Source: Opitutales bacterium (GTDB taxonomy: Bacteria > Verrucomicrobiota > Verrucomicrobiia > Opitutales > T3Sed10-336). From it: 64,000 nucleotides of DNA. A program made the position numbers and the translations under genes. Shown piece after piece: positions 38,336 through 47,923 of the stretch; within the stretch, counting starts at the first letter, position 1, and each line of letters opens with the position of its first letter. The stretch spans positions 44,864 to 108,863 of the forward strand of contig SLTG01000001.1 in NCBI GenBank assembly GCA_007130045.1. Direction: 5' to 3'. Under the pieces are notes generated by a model, which made no database searches, was not told the origin of the DNA, and saw only the letters and a list, made by a program, of their open reading frames with translations.

Positions 38336-39037
38336 TTACTTCTCTCCGGACGACTGATTCGCTGACTGGTCGTCCTCCGACCCTTGCGCCTCGGATTCTC
38401 CGGCCGATTCGGCGCCCCGGGGACCGCCGGACAGCACCACCATCGCCGGACGCAGAAGCCGGTCATTCAGTGCATATCCCCTTCGAATGACGCGGACCAC
38501 CCGGCCCTCGGGCACTTCGTCGTCCGGTTGGTATCCGGTGGATTCATGACGGTGAGGGTCGAACTCCTCCCGCAGGGGATGGATCTCTTCGACGCCGTTT
38601 TTCTTCAGGATCGAATCGATCTGGCGGTATACCATATTGAACCCCTCGGTAATCTCCTTCGCCTCGGGATGTTTTCGCGCCGACTCAAGGCCAAGCACAA
38701 AATTGTCGAGAACGGGCAAAAGGTCCTCCACCAGGCTCGCCGTGGCGTACTTACGCGCCTCCTCCTTCTCCCGCAACGACCGGCGGCGATAGTTCTCCAT
38801 CTCTGCAACCGAACGCAGGTAGTGATCGTAGTTGCTCTTGCTTTCCTGCAGAGCCGCCGACAACTGCTCTTCCAACGAAGGCTCCTGATCTACGGTCACC
38901 TCCTGTTCCTCGTCGTCTTCCGTCGAAGCCTCGCCGCAGGGCTCCGCATTTTCGGATTCGTTGTCGTCCGCGGACGTCTTTTCTGTGGGAACGAGTTCTT
39001 CTTCGTTCATGATATTACGTTGTTTATCTTCGGGCAT
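38336..39037 (-). CDS. grpE: Nucleotide exchange factor GrpE
   Basis: Acidic N-terminus, then 'YLRSVAEMENYRRR', 'LLPVLDNF' and 'GYALNDRLLRPAMV'. Confidence 0.92.
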   Translation of the reverse strand: MPEDKQRNIMNEEELVPTEKTSADDNESENAEPCGEASTEDDEEQEVTVDQEPSLEEQLSAALQESKSNYDHYLRSVAEMENYRRRSLREKEEARKYATASLVEDLLPVLDNFVLGLESARKHPEAKEITEGFNMVYRQIDSILKKNGVEEIHPLREEFDPHRHESTGYQPDDEVPEGRVVRVIRRGYALNDRLLRPAMVVLSGGPRGAESAGESEAQGSEDDQSANQSSGEK

Positions 39038-39092
39038 GCTCGAATTTATAATCCGGATGAAAAAAAATCAAAAAAGTGCTTCAGTCCAGGTT

Positions 39093-39108
39093 CGATTCCA
39101 TGGAATCG
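39093..39108. promoter_or_regulatory. Perfect 16-bp palindrome upstream of grpE-dnaJ (candidate operator; not CIRCE)
   Basis: 'CGATTCCATGGAATCG' lies 56-71 nt upstream of the grpE ATG, between the upstream gene stop (39134) and grpE. Confidence 0.35.
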
Positions 39109-39133
39109 TTTGAAAGCGGAACGGGGCGGCTCC

Positions 39134-39868
39134 TCACGGATCGGCGTTCCCGGCTTCCGGCTGCAATCCTCCGTCGGCCCCAATCTCGGATCGAACTCGC
39201 GAAAGAAACCTTTCCGGCACAATTGCAGTAAAGATCGCATCCGGATCAAAGGATATCCCGGCGGACGCAAACCGCCGAAACAGTTCCGGTGCCACACTCC
39301 GCAAAGAGGTCACATCCGTCAACTCAAGATCGATGTTGACACTGTATTCCTGAACCGATTCGCCGCCGTCCAAAGCGTAATCGACCAACACCACCCTGTC
39401 GATTACCAGGCGAAGCCGTTCGATAACCACCTCTTTCCCCGGATCCAGGCTCTTCCGCTCGTCCAATTGCTCTTCGACCACGCTTCGGAACTCCTCGAAA
39501 TTGATCCGGCCCTCCGCGTTGCGCACCCCGGTAAGGCTGGGAATCTCAATCTCGACCCGTTCCACCACAATTCGATCCCGGAAGAAGGATACCGGCGACG
39601 CCTTGATTTCCATTCGCAACACGTCGATAAAATCCGGGCTGGGATAATGATCCGGATTGCTGATTCCGAATCCGGTCGCCGAAACGGATCCGCGGAACGG
39701 ATTGCTGTTCAGTTCCTCCACACGGGTGGGAAAGCCGGTCTTGGCGGTAATCCCGTATTCGACTATATAAGAAAGAAAAAACATAAACATAACGGCAAGC
39801 GCCAGCGAAAGCAGCAGAAAAAAGGCGATGATCCTCGTCAAGCACCCTGCCTTTCTGCGGATTGCCAT
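39134..39868 (-). CDS. Hypothetical membrane-anchored protein
   Basis: ORF 39134..39892; the ATG at 39868 gives 'MAIRRKAGCLTRIIAFFLLLSLALAVMFMFFL' (N-terminal TM anchor). The rest is soluble-looking with no recognisable motif. Confidence 0.55.
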   Translation of the reverse strand: MAIRRKAGCLTRIIAFFLLLSLALAVMFMFFLSYIVEYGITAKTGFPTRVEELNSNPFRGSVSATGFGISNPDHYPSPDFIDVLRMEIKASPVSFFRDRIVVERVEIEIPSLTGVRNAEGRINFEEFRSVVEEQLDERKSLDPGKEVVIERLRLVIDRVVLVDYALDGGESVQEYSVNIDLELTDVTSLRSVAPELFRRFASAGISFDPDAIFTAIVPERFLSRVRSEIGADGGLQPEAGNADP

Positions 39869-39913
39869 AATTGAAGTGTTGGAAGGGCGCAAGACGCGCC
39901 GCGACCGAATCGA

Positions 39914-40900
39914 TCACTGTGCAGGGATCCTCCCGGCGGCGCAAGAGTGAAACCGGTCGGTCACCAGCACCACCGCGGGAGCGCCGGCAACGAACGCGTG
40001 CTCGGAGGCGCGGGGCAGCAGTACGGTGTCGCCTCGCCGAAGGGCGGTTTCACCGTCCCGGCTTTCCACCTCCCCTTCCGCGACGTGCACGAGAGACGCC
40101 GTCTGCCCGGCCGGGAAAACAAGGTCAGCCTTTCCGGGGCCGAGGTGCATCTTGCGAATGCGGAATTCCACGCAATCCGCCAGAATGCAGTCCTCCCCGC
40201 TCGCGCGAACGGGTTCGGGCTCGATGTCGTTGAAATCGATACAGGCGAGCGATTCCTCGATATGGAGGGTGCGCTTTTTCCCGTCGAGCCCCACTCTTCC
40301 CCAATCGTACACGCGATAGGTCGTATCCGAGTTCTGCTGAATCTCGAGGATCAGGTTTCCGCCGTCGATCGCGTGAATACGGCCACTCGGCACAAAGATC
40401 GAGTCCCCGCGTCCCACTTCGAACCGGTGGACGAATTCTTCGAGCGCCTCTTCGCCCAGAGCCGCCTCAAACCGTTCACGGGTCACCCCGGCTTTTAAAC
40501 CCGCGATCAGAGCGGCTCCGGGCTCGGCGTCCGCAATATACCAGTTTTCGGTCTTCGGTTCGCCGTCCAGTTCGGAGGCAACCGTTGCGGGCGGATGCAC
40601 CTGGAGACTGAGACGCTCCCGGCAATCCAGCCACTTGACCAGAATCGGAAACGCCCGCCCGGGATCGTAACCCGGCCCCATTACCTCGTCCGAATTGCGC
40701 CGGAGAACTTCCCGCAGGGTCAATCCGCGAAACTCCCCGGAGGTGACGACCGACTGAGCCTCGGGCCGGTCCACCACGTCCCAGCTTTCTCCAATAGGCG
40801 CGTCCGCCGGCAACGTGCGCCCAAGCTTCGATTCCAGTCCTCGCCCTCCCCACACTCGCTCCCGGTATAAAGGTTCAAATCTAAGCGGTTGAATCATCAA
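39914..40900 (-). CDS. manA: Mannose-6-phosphate isomerase, class I (cupin type)
   Basis: 'PLRFEPLYRERVWGG', 'GESWDV', 'LSLQVHP', 'GDSIFVPSGRIHAI' and 'EIQQNSDTTYRVYDW'. Confidence 0.8.
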   Translation of the reverse strand: MMIQPLRFEPLYRERVWGGRGLESKLGRTLPADAPIGESWDVVDRPEAQSVVTSGEFRGLTLREVLRRNSDEVMGPGYDPGRAFPILVKWLDCRERLSLQVHPPATVASELDGEPKTENWYIADAEPGAALIAGLKAGVTRERFEAALGEEALEEFVHRFEVGRGDSIFVPSGRIHAIDGGNLILEIQQNSDTTYRVYDWGRVGLDGKKRTLHIEESLACIDFNDIEPEPVRASGEDCILADCVEFRIRKMHLGPGKADLVFPAGQTASLVHVAEGEVESRDGETALRRGDTVLLPRASEHAFVAGAPAVVLVTDRFHSCAAGRIPAQ

Positions 40901-40987
40901 AAAAGAGTTAATTTTCCCTTTCCATCGCGGTCAATCCACATTCGTGCTTTCAATTCCGTAGACAATTGAACTAAATTATCACCTTTA

Positions 40988-43426
40988 ATGGGAAAAAGGA
41001 AGACATCGTCAGGAGACTCCTCAACTGCGTCTCCAACGTTCAATCAGCCCACGAAGGCGAGGTGCCGCCCGTTTATAGGAAGCCTCGTCCTCGTGCTCGG
41101 GTTGATGGTGCTCGTGTCGCTTGCGGACTTTCATCCCGACCAGGATGTCGTAAATACCACCGACCCGACTGGTGAAAACCTCGTCGGACGCTTTGGCGCC
41201 AAGACCGCGTTTTTCGCCTTCTACCTTCTCGGGGGAACAGCCTGGCTGGTGCCGATCCTTTGCATCTGGGTGACATGGATGCTGTTCAGCCGCTCGTACC
41301 GGCTGCGCTATGACAAGATTATCTCCCTCGTGGTCGCGGTCATCACGGGTTCCGGTCTTCTGGCGATGCAGGAGTCCGTCTTCGTCACGGAAGGCATTCA
41401 CACCCAGGGCCCGGGCGGTGCGACAGGTACTCTGCTGTACGATCAACTCCTGAGGTACAATATCGGTGTATTCGGCTCACTCCTGTTGATGGGTATGGCC
41501 TTCGCTTTCAGCATCCTCCTTATATTCACCCGGGATCTCGCCAAAGCCGGCGAAGGATTCTTTAAGAATTTCGGCGAGCGGCGCCGGCAGCGAAAGGAAA
41601 GAAAGGCAAAGATACGGGAAGAACGCCGCCTCGCAAAAGAAAACGCGGCGAAAAATGAGGCCCAAAGAATGCTGGCCGCGGAGCTGAACAACAAGGGGGA
41701 CCCGAGAAAACAGTTGCCCCCGCCGCCCAAGAAAAAGAAACCGAGGCTTCGGGACGTTGCGTCGTCCCCGAGGGACAATCCTCCGGAAGACACGCCGCTG
41801 CCGGCAACCCAATCTCCGGTTTCCGCCAAAGCGGTTCCGTTGAAAATCGTAATGGGCGAAACCACAAAGAAAGCCCGCGCCCCGGCCCTTCCCAAGACGA
41901 AAGGCAATTACCAGTTTCCGGAGCTCGACCTTCTCGACAAGGCCGAAGAGCATCCGGAATCCGCGACCGCCGAGGACCACGTCGAAACGGCCGAGAACCT
42001 CGTCCGGACGCTAAAGGACTTCGGTGTCGAGGTCACGATGGGAGAAGTTCACACCGGCCCGGTCATCACCCGGTACGAGGTATTCCCGGCCGCCGGCGTT
42101 CGGGTCGAACGTATTCTCAGCCTCGACAAGAACATCGCGCTGGCGCTGAAAGCGACCGCCGTCCGGATCATCGCGCCGGTTCCCGGCAAAGGCTGCGTCG
42201 GGATAGAAGTCCCCAACCGCCACGCAAAGCCGGTCCGCATCCGCGAGATCATCGAATCGGAGGACTGGGCGAATTCGCGGGCTGAAATCCCCATCGCGCT
42301 GGGCAAAGACGTCAGCGGAAAGCCGTTGATCGCCGACCTCACCAAGATGCCTCACCTGCTTATCGCCGGCGCCACCGGGGCCGGAAAAACGGTGTGTATA
42401 AACAGCATCATTACGTCGCTCCTGTACCACTCAAGCCCCGAAGACCTTCGTTTTCTGATGGTTGACCCGAAGATCGTCGAAATGAAGGTTTTCAACGACC
42501 TGCCACACATGCTGATTCCCGTCGTGACAGAGCCGAAAAAAGTTCCCGGCGCGCTCAAGTGGCTGATCAACGAGATGGACCGTCGCTACCAGATTTTCGC
42601 CAAGGTCGGCGTACGCAACATAGCCGGTTTCAACACTCACCGGAAACGCGAAGCGGAAAAGGCCGCCTCGGACGCCCGGAAAATCGCGCCCTCCGACGAT
42701 GACTTCTACCAGATCCCCGAAGCCGTCGCCCCCGATGTCGAGGTTCCCCGTGACGCCGACCTCGAGATTCCTGAAAAACTTCCTTACATTGTCGCGATTA
42801 TCGACGAGCTCGCCGACCTCATGATGGTGGCGCCCGCGGACGTGGAATCCGGGATCGCTCGCCTCGCCCAACTCGCCCGCGCGGCGGGAATTCACCTCGT
42901 CATCGCCACCCAACGCCCCTCCGTCAATGTCATCACCGGGGTCATCAAAGCCAATCTCCCCTCTAGAATCGCTTTCCAGGTCGCCTCGAAGGTCGACAGC
43001 CGCACGATCCTCGACACAGGCGGCGCCGACCACTTGATCGGGCGCGGCGACATGCTTTTCTCCCCTCCCGGCAGTTCGCGCCTGGTCCGCTCCCAGGGCG
43101 CGTTCATCTCGGACGACGAAATCAACCGGATAGTCGAGTTCCTCAAACAGAACGGTCCTCCCCAGTTCGCGGAAGATGTGCAGAAACAAATCGAGGAACC
43201 CGAAGGAGAGGGAGATTCGGCCGAAGAAGACGACGACCTGCTCCCGGAAGCGATCGACGTGCTTCGTTCCACCAAACGCGCCTCCACCTCCATGCTTCAG
43301 CGCCGCCTGCGGGTGGGTTACAACCGTGCGGCGCGTTTGATGGAGATAATGGAGCGACGGGGAATCGTCGGTCCTGAAAACGGATCGAGTCCACGCGAGA
43401 TTCTCGTCGATCTTGAATCCGACTGA
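40988..43426 (+). CDS. ftsK: DNA translocase FtsK
   Basis: N-terminal TM helices and a Pro/Lys-rich linker. Motor domain 'PHLLIAGATGAGKTVCIN', 'YIVAIIDELADLMM' and 'ATQRPSVNVITG'. C-terminal gamma domain 'STSMLQRRLRVGYNRAARLME'. Confidence 0.95.
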   Translation: MGKRKTSSGDSSTASPTFNQPTKARCRPFIGSLVLVLGLMVLVSLADFHPDQDVVNTTDPTGENLVGRFGAKTAFFAFYLLGGTAWLVPILCIWVTWMLFSRSYRLRYDKIISLVVAVITGSGLLAMQESVFVTEGIHTQGPGGATGTLLYDQLLRYNIGVFGSLLLMGMAFAFSILLIFTRDLAKAGEGFFKNFGERRRQRKERKAKIREERRLAKENAAKNEAQRMLAAELNNKGDPRKQLPPPPKKKKPRLRDVASSPRDNPPEDTPLPATQSPVSAKAVPLKIVMGETTKKARAPALPKTKGNYQFPELDLLDKAEEHPESATAEDHVETAENLVRTLKDFGVEVTMGEVHTGPVITRYEVFPAAGVRVERILSLDKNIALALKATAVRIIAPVPGKGCVGIEVPNRHAKPVRIREIIESEDWANSRAEIPIALGKDVSGKPLIADLTKMPHLLIAGATGAGKTVCINSIITSLLYHSSPEDLRFLMVDPKIVEMKVFNDLPHMLIPVVTEPKKVPGALKWLINEMDRRYQIFAKVGVRNIAGFNTHRKREAEKAASDARKIAPSDDDFYQIPEAVAPDVEVPRDADLEIPEKLPYIVAIIDELADLMMVAPADVESGIARLAQLARAAGIHLVIATQRPSVNVITGVIKANLPSRIAFQVASKVDSRTILDTGGADHLIGRGDMLFSPPGSSRLVRSQGAFISDDEINRIVEFLKQNGPPQFAEDVQKQIEEPEGEGDSAEEDDDLLPEAIDVLRSTKRASTSMLQRRLRVGYNRAARLMEIMERRGIVGPENGSSPREILVDLESD

Positions 43427-43477
43427 TCAGATTTTTGTGGTATTTTTTTCTTCGGCCCTATAACAAGGAGTCGATAT

Positions 43478-44266
43478 ATGCAAACTATCGGAGACAGACT
43501 CGAAGAAGCCCGCAAGAACAAGGGAGTTTCACTGCGGGAAGCGGCGGAATCGACGAAAATTCGAGGCGAATACCTATCGGCTTATGAAAGCAACTCTTTT
43601 GACATTGATCTGCCTGAAATCTACATCCGCGGATTTCTGCGAAATTACGCCAACTATCTCAAGCTTGACGCCGCGTCGATCCTGACGGATTACGATTCCC
43701 TGTCCTCGGGAGAGCCGTCCTACACTTCTCAGAAAAAGGACGTCCGCAGTGAATCCTACGGACGAATGGACCTTGGCGAGGGCCAGTCAAGCTTTGCGGA
43801 GGGCACAGAGTCCGGGCGGCCCCAGCCGGAGGGAGAGGAGCCCAGGGAACGGCGGAGAGATAGCGCTTTCAGCGCGTTTGAGGTGGCGGACAAGGCCGTC
43901 TATCTCAAGGTCGGCGCGATCGTTGCCGGCGCCCTTGTGCTCGTCGTCGTGCTGTTTTCAGTCGTCCTCTCGGTCATCCGCTCCGACCCCGACGAAAGGC
44001 CCGGAACCGCCGCCGAAAACGAAGCGGGAATCCATGAGTTTTTCCTGGTCGCTCGCGGCGATATCGACAATGTACGCGTCACGGAAGTGGAAACCGACGA
44101 GTTGCTATGGGAAGGTCCCCTTGCCGTGGGCGATCGCATTTCGCTCCAGCGAAGGGGACAGGTGGATATTGTCGTGAGCCAGGCCGAAAATCTCCGTATC
44201 GAAGAGGGAGGCCGCGGCGGCAATCTTGACGGAACCGGACGCGGCAGAGTCCTCTGGGGACAGTAA
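43478..44266 (+). CDS. rodZ: RodZ-like cytoskeleton protein (HTH + TM + C-terminal domain)
   Basis: N-terminal XRE-type HTH 'IGDRLEEARKNKGVSLREAAESTKIRGEYLSAYE', a single TM 'VGAIVAGALVLVVVLFSVVLSVI', and a C-terminal beta-rich domain. Confidence 0.6.
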   Translation: MQTIGDRLEEARKNKGVSLREAAESTKIRGEYLSAYESNSFDIDLPEIYIRGFLRNYANYLKLDAASILTDYDSLSSGEPSYTSQKKDVRSESYGRMDLGEGQSSFAEGTESGRPQPEGEEPRERRRDSAFSAFEVADKAVYLKVGAIVAGALVLVVVLFSVVLSVIRSDPDERPGTAAENEAGIHEFFLVARGDIDNVRVTEVETDELLWEGPLAVGDRISLQRRGQVDIVVSQAENLRIEEGGRGGNLDGTGRGRVLWGQ

Positions 44267-44368
44267 ACCGGCGGCATACGGAGTTTTTGCGGACTTGGTT
44301 GACAAAACCCCCGCGAATGGCCGCGAGGACGGGAGCCGGGCTTCAGTTCGATCGTCGCTGAATCTTCT

Positions 44369-45490
44369 TCAGTTGGCACGGTGGAAAAGCCAGAGGGCGA
44401 CCGCCAGCATTAGAGCATTCGGAAGCCACGCGGAGAGAGCCGGATCCATGATTTCACGCTCGCCGAGCAGCCGGGTTGTGTTGTGCATCAAGAAGTAAGC
44501 AAGAAACAGACCGATGGATTTCAGCACCCCGATCATCGGGTTAACCCGCACACCCGTCACGGAAAAAGGGATCGCGATGCCTACCACAATCAGGCAGCTC
44601 AGTGCGCCCGCAAGGATGTCGTGATACTGGACCGCGTACTGATTCCGCTCCGGGCCGTTGCTATCGGCAAAAAATTCAAGGACTTCGCGCAGTTCAAACA
44701 ATGACAGGTCGCGCGGTCTCCTGTCCAGCAGCAGCATGAAGTGCGGCGATTCAGTAAACGATTCGACGGCCAACTCATCGAACACCGGTGATCGCACCGC
44801 CCATCGCGTTTCAGGATCAAAGGTGATATCCCGCCCATCGCGGAAAATCCAGTGCCCCCTGTCCTCGTCGAATTCCGCCTCCCGCGCCATCACGCGCCGA
44901 ACCACGCGCTGCTCCTCGTCGAGGACGGAAACCGTGACCCCGAATCCTCGCTCCGCAAAAGCGCTGTAGCGATTCATGAACCAGATTCTGCCGTCGCGCC
45001 GGTTGTCAAAGGCGACGTTGCGCGTCACTCCCGCCCGCTCGCCTTCGCCTGCTTCCGCCTGGTGAGCGAACTCGATCCGCTCCCGGAGTACACGCGACTG
45101 CTCGACGGACCACGGGACGAGCCGGGCGTTGAAAAAGAGGTAAAGCGCCGAGAAAAGGATCCCGGCCACCCAGATCGTCCAGGTGATTCGGAACAGGCTG
45201 AATCCGTTGGACCGCAGGGCGACGAACTCGTTGTTGCGCTGAAACTGCCCCATGATGTAGAGCAGCGAGAGCAATAACGACAACGGAAGCACCACAGGAA
45301 GGAAGCTCGGCGCGAGCGTCCCGTAATAGCGAAGGATCTCTCTCAGCCCGGCCTCGTATTCGATCAGCCGGCCGAAGCTGCTGTACATGTCCTCCAGGAA
45401 GAGAAGCCCCAGCGTCACGCCCAGCATCAGGGTCAGGACCTTGAGCCACTCAGCGAGAATGTAGCGATCGACAAGTTTCAATATTCCCAT
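44369..45490 (-). CDS. LptF/LptG-family (YjgP/YjgQ) permease
   Basis: ORF 44369..45589; the ATG at 45490 gives 'MGILKLVDRYILAEWLKVLTLMLGV', a typical family N-terminus. 6-TM layout with a central periplasmic domain. Confidence 0.75.
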   Translation of the reverse strand: MGILKLVDRYILAEWLKVLTLMLGVTLGLLFLEDMYSSFGRLIEYEAGLREILRYYGTLAPSFLPVVLPLSLLLSLLYIMGQFQRNNEFVALRSNGFSLFRITWTIWVAGILFSALYLFFNARLVPWSVEQSRVLRERIEFAHQAEAGEGERAGVTRNVAFDNRRDGRIWFMNRYSAFAERGFGVTVSVLDEEQRVVRRVMAREAEFDEDRGHWIFRDGRDITFDPETRWAVRSPVFDELAVESFTESPHFMLLLDRRPRDLSLFELREVLEFFADSNGPERNQYAVQYHDILAGALSCLIVVGIAIPFSVTGVRVNPMIGVLKSIGLFLAYFLMHNTTRLLGEREIMDPALSAWLPNALMLAVALWLFHRAN

Positions 45491-45755
45491 CGGAAAAGGA
45501 TTGCCGCGCACGAGCAAGCCGGAAATCAGGGAACCGAAAGGAGTCCGCGCAACCAGGTGCATACATTCCACTTCGCCTCGAATCCTCAAACACCGAACGT
45601 TGTCGCCGTTGCATTAAGTTCCTCACCTCTCCCCCTTTTCCGTCCCGTGATCGTTTTCGTAATCGTGGAATGCAGGATACGGCGGGCTGTCGCCAGCGCC
45701 TATGAAAAAGAATCTTTTTTTTGACATTCGTCGAACACCATGTCAGCTTTTGCTC

Positions 45756-45941
45756 ATGATTAAGAAAATTACTACATTATTCGCCGTTCTCGCCTTCGCA
45801 TCGTTCTCCAGCGCCGCACTTGCCTGCAACACTTCGTGTGGGGACAAAGACGGCAAGGACAACACCGAAATCACAACGCCCGCTTCCTTCGAGGTCGCCA
45901 ACTGCGGATGCGGCGGAGGCAAAGATCGCGACGGCGACTGA
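45756..45941 (+). CDS. Small secreted (possibly lipid-anchored) Cys-rich acidic peptide
   Basis: ORF 45702..45941; the ATG at 45756 gives 'MIKKITTLFAVLAFASFSSAALA|CNTSCGDKDGKDNTEITTPASFEVANCGCGGGKDRDGD'. A perfect TTGACA lies at 45721, and a strong terminator follows immediately downstream. Confidence 0.55.
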   Translation: MIKKITTLFAVLAFASFSSAALACNTSCGDKDGKDNTEITTPASFEVANCGCGGGKDRDGD

Positions 45942-45966
45942 CGCCACCCGGATTCTATTTCATTTC

Positions 45967-46004
45967 AAAAAGCGGATGCGGCCGCCCCGCATCCGCTTTT
46001 TTTT
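45967..46004. terminator. Bidirectional rho-independent terminator between convergent genes
   Basis: The sequence is 'caaaaaGCGGATGCGGccgccCCGCATCCGCtttttttt': a 10-bp perfect stem flanked by an A5 run and a T8 run. It serves the small peptide gene (+) and the NTPase pair (-). Confidence 0.85.
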
Positions 46005-46111
46005 GTCCGGGTGATTCCGGAAACGACGAGGTTTCCAGGTTCTTCATTTCCTCGTCTTCGGGACAGGGCCGAATGCGATTCCGTCGTTTGAAATCTTTGA
46101 AGGTTGGCGGT

Positions 46112-47923
46112 TTACCCGCGCCCATTGCCCTCTGGGCTGTCCTTCGACAGATTGAGGAGGAACATGCAAGCGTCGATCCGCGGCTGGCCGACTTCGATCG
46201 TCAGGAGTCCGTCTTCGACCAGTTCGGCGACTGCCTCGTCGTGCTCCTCGCTAATCTGGTTCACACATCGGCTGACTTTGCCCGGCCGCACCAGCACCGA
46301 AACGAGAGTCAGCATGAAAAAACACATTGGCAGCAGGGCGAGAAGAAGGCTGGTTCCCAGCATCGAGAACGGCGCGGCGGGAAAGCGTCCGGACACCTCC
46401 GGCTCACGTCCGAACACTTCTCTCGCCGCGCTGAAGAAATCAAGGTACAGCCCGTAAATCGGCCAGGCAAAAAAGGCCCAGAAAAGGAGAAACCCAATCC
46501 CCCCGCAGAGGACGACGGCCCGGCGCGAGGGCGCCCAGCGTTCAACCGCCGACTGAAAGATATCGGATGAACGCGCCTGCAAACTGCTCAGTCCGGAAAC
46601 TTTTACCTCGATCCGTTCGGAACCGGGAAGGGGTTCGCCTTTGTCCGCTCCGAGTTCGTGGCGAAGGACGAACTCCAGCTCCTTGACCTGCGGGGTCACT
46701 TTCTCCCGAACCGCCTGTTCCACGAAATCGCGAATGCCGCCTTCGACTTCCTTTGAAAACTCCGACGCGTTGCGAAGATTCTTCGCCGCGGCAAAGGCCC
46801 CCGACAGAACCGAGGGCACGCTCCCCATCAACGCCAGGGGAATTCGATCGACCGCTCCGTGGAGCAGGTTGGCGAGCGCGAGGACGGTGCGCCATGGAAA
46901 AAGAAAGTATGGCGTCCGATGCAGGAGCGTCGCCCGCAATCGCTGCCGCACCCCCGCCTTGAGCACACGCTCCGATCCGAGCAGGTGCCCCAGCGTCTCC
47001 CGCGGCAGGGTCGTCTCGAACTCCCGCAGCGATTCCAGCGCCCGCCGGCTGGCCGGGAGGCGTTCAGAAATCAAATCCCCCACGTCCTTTTTGAACCGCC
47101 GGTATTTGTGATTCAATTGCGATTGCGGCAGGTCCTGCAAACGCCGCGGCCCGGCCGCCGCGCGTATCGCTTCCATGAGCCTGCCCGCATCCTCGCGGGA
47201 GATTCGCGATGCGACAGGGTCCACCGCCGCTTCGTCGAGCCCGGAATCGCGTATGCACACCGCGCGGCAGATCCCGGCATGAGGAAGGTCTTTCGCGAGC
47301 CTCGTCTGAAATCCATCCAGATCCTCCGGCGACGGCGCTTCGCGAACGAAATTGACCACCGGCAGGATGAGCGAGCCGTCCGCCCGGGAAAGATAGTGGA
47401 CAACGGCCTTGTCCTCGATCTCCCGCTGCGCGACCACGAGCACCTTCACCAGCGCGCTGTCGAGCGCCCGGACGGCGGCGTCCGCGCGCCGCTCTTCCGC
47501 CTCGTTAAAGCCCGGCACATCTACGAGAGTGTACGGGAAGCCGAGATCCTCGAGATCGCTTTCCGTGCAGCGGATGTGCGCTTCGCTCGCTTCCCGCAAT
47601 CCGAACGGCGGGTTCGGCCCGACCCAGGTCACCTTCTCCGTCGCATCCGCCCGGGCGTAACCGGTTTTCAATCGGCGACGCGTTTCCTCACTGCGAACGA
47701 ACAGGGACAGCAACTGCGTCTTGCCGGAATTCTTCGGACCCGTAAACGCCACGGTCACATGGTCGATCCCGCGGTTCTCGACGATTTCCCGGCAGGAAAG
47801 CCGGAAATCCTCGCACATCCGGGCGACCGCCGAATACCCGTCCCAATCCAGGCCGAGGACGCCCGCGTGACGCTCCACCGCGTCGGCGAGTTCGTTGCAG
47901 GATTCAAGTAGTCTGCACGGCAT
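46112..47923 (-). CDS. Large membrane-hairpin P-loop NTPase, paralog B (divergent dynamin-like/TRAFAC-like)
   Basis: 603 aa. Walker A 'GPKNSGKTQ' (47717..47740) and G3-like 'TLVDVPGF'. 'PVVNFVRE' sits in place of NKxD. A long helical region precedes two hydrophobic helices near the C-terminus. The start lies inside the upstream gene (20-nt overlap). Confidence 0.75.
   Translation of the reverse strand: MPCRLLESCNELADAVERHAGVLGLDWDGYSAVARMCEDFRLSCREIVENRGIDHVTVAFTGPKNSGKTQLLSLFVRSEETRRRLKTGYARADATEKVTWVGPNPPFGLREASEAHIRCTESDLEDLGFPYTLVDVPGFNEAEERRADAAVRALDSALVKVLVVAQREIEDKAVVHYLSRADGSLILPVVNFVREAPSPEDLDGFQTRLAKDLPHAGICRAVCIRDSGLDEAAVDPVASRISREDAGRLMEAIRAAAGPRRLQDLPQSQLNHKYRRFKKDVGDLISERLPASRRALESLREFETTLPRETLGHLLGSERVLKAGVRQRLRATLLHRTPYFLFPWRTVLALANLLHGAVDRIPLALMGSVPSVLSGAFAAAKNLRNASEFSKEVEGGIRDFVEQAVREKVTPQVKELEFVLRHELGADKGEPLPGSERIEVKVSGLSSLQARSSDIFQSAVERWAPSRRAVVLCGGIGFLLFWAFFAWPIYGLYLDFFSAAREVFGREPEVSGRFPAAPFSMLGTSLLLALLPMCFFMLTLVSVLVRPGKVSRCVNQISEEHDEAVAELVEDGLLTIEVGQPRIDACMFLLNLSKDSPEGNGRG

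Noticed and set aside
39038-39133. CIRCE/HrcA operator upstream of grpE ('AAAAGTGCTTCA' resembles half a CIRCE arm).
   Set aside because: No second arm lies at N9 spacing, so this is not a CIRCE element. The perfect 16-bp palindrome nearby is reported separately.
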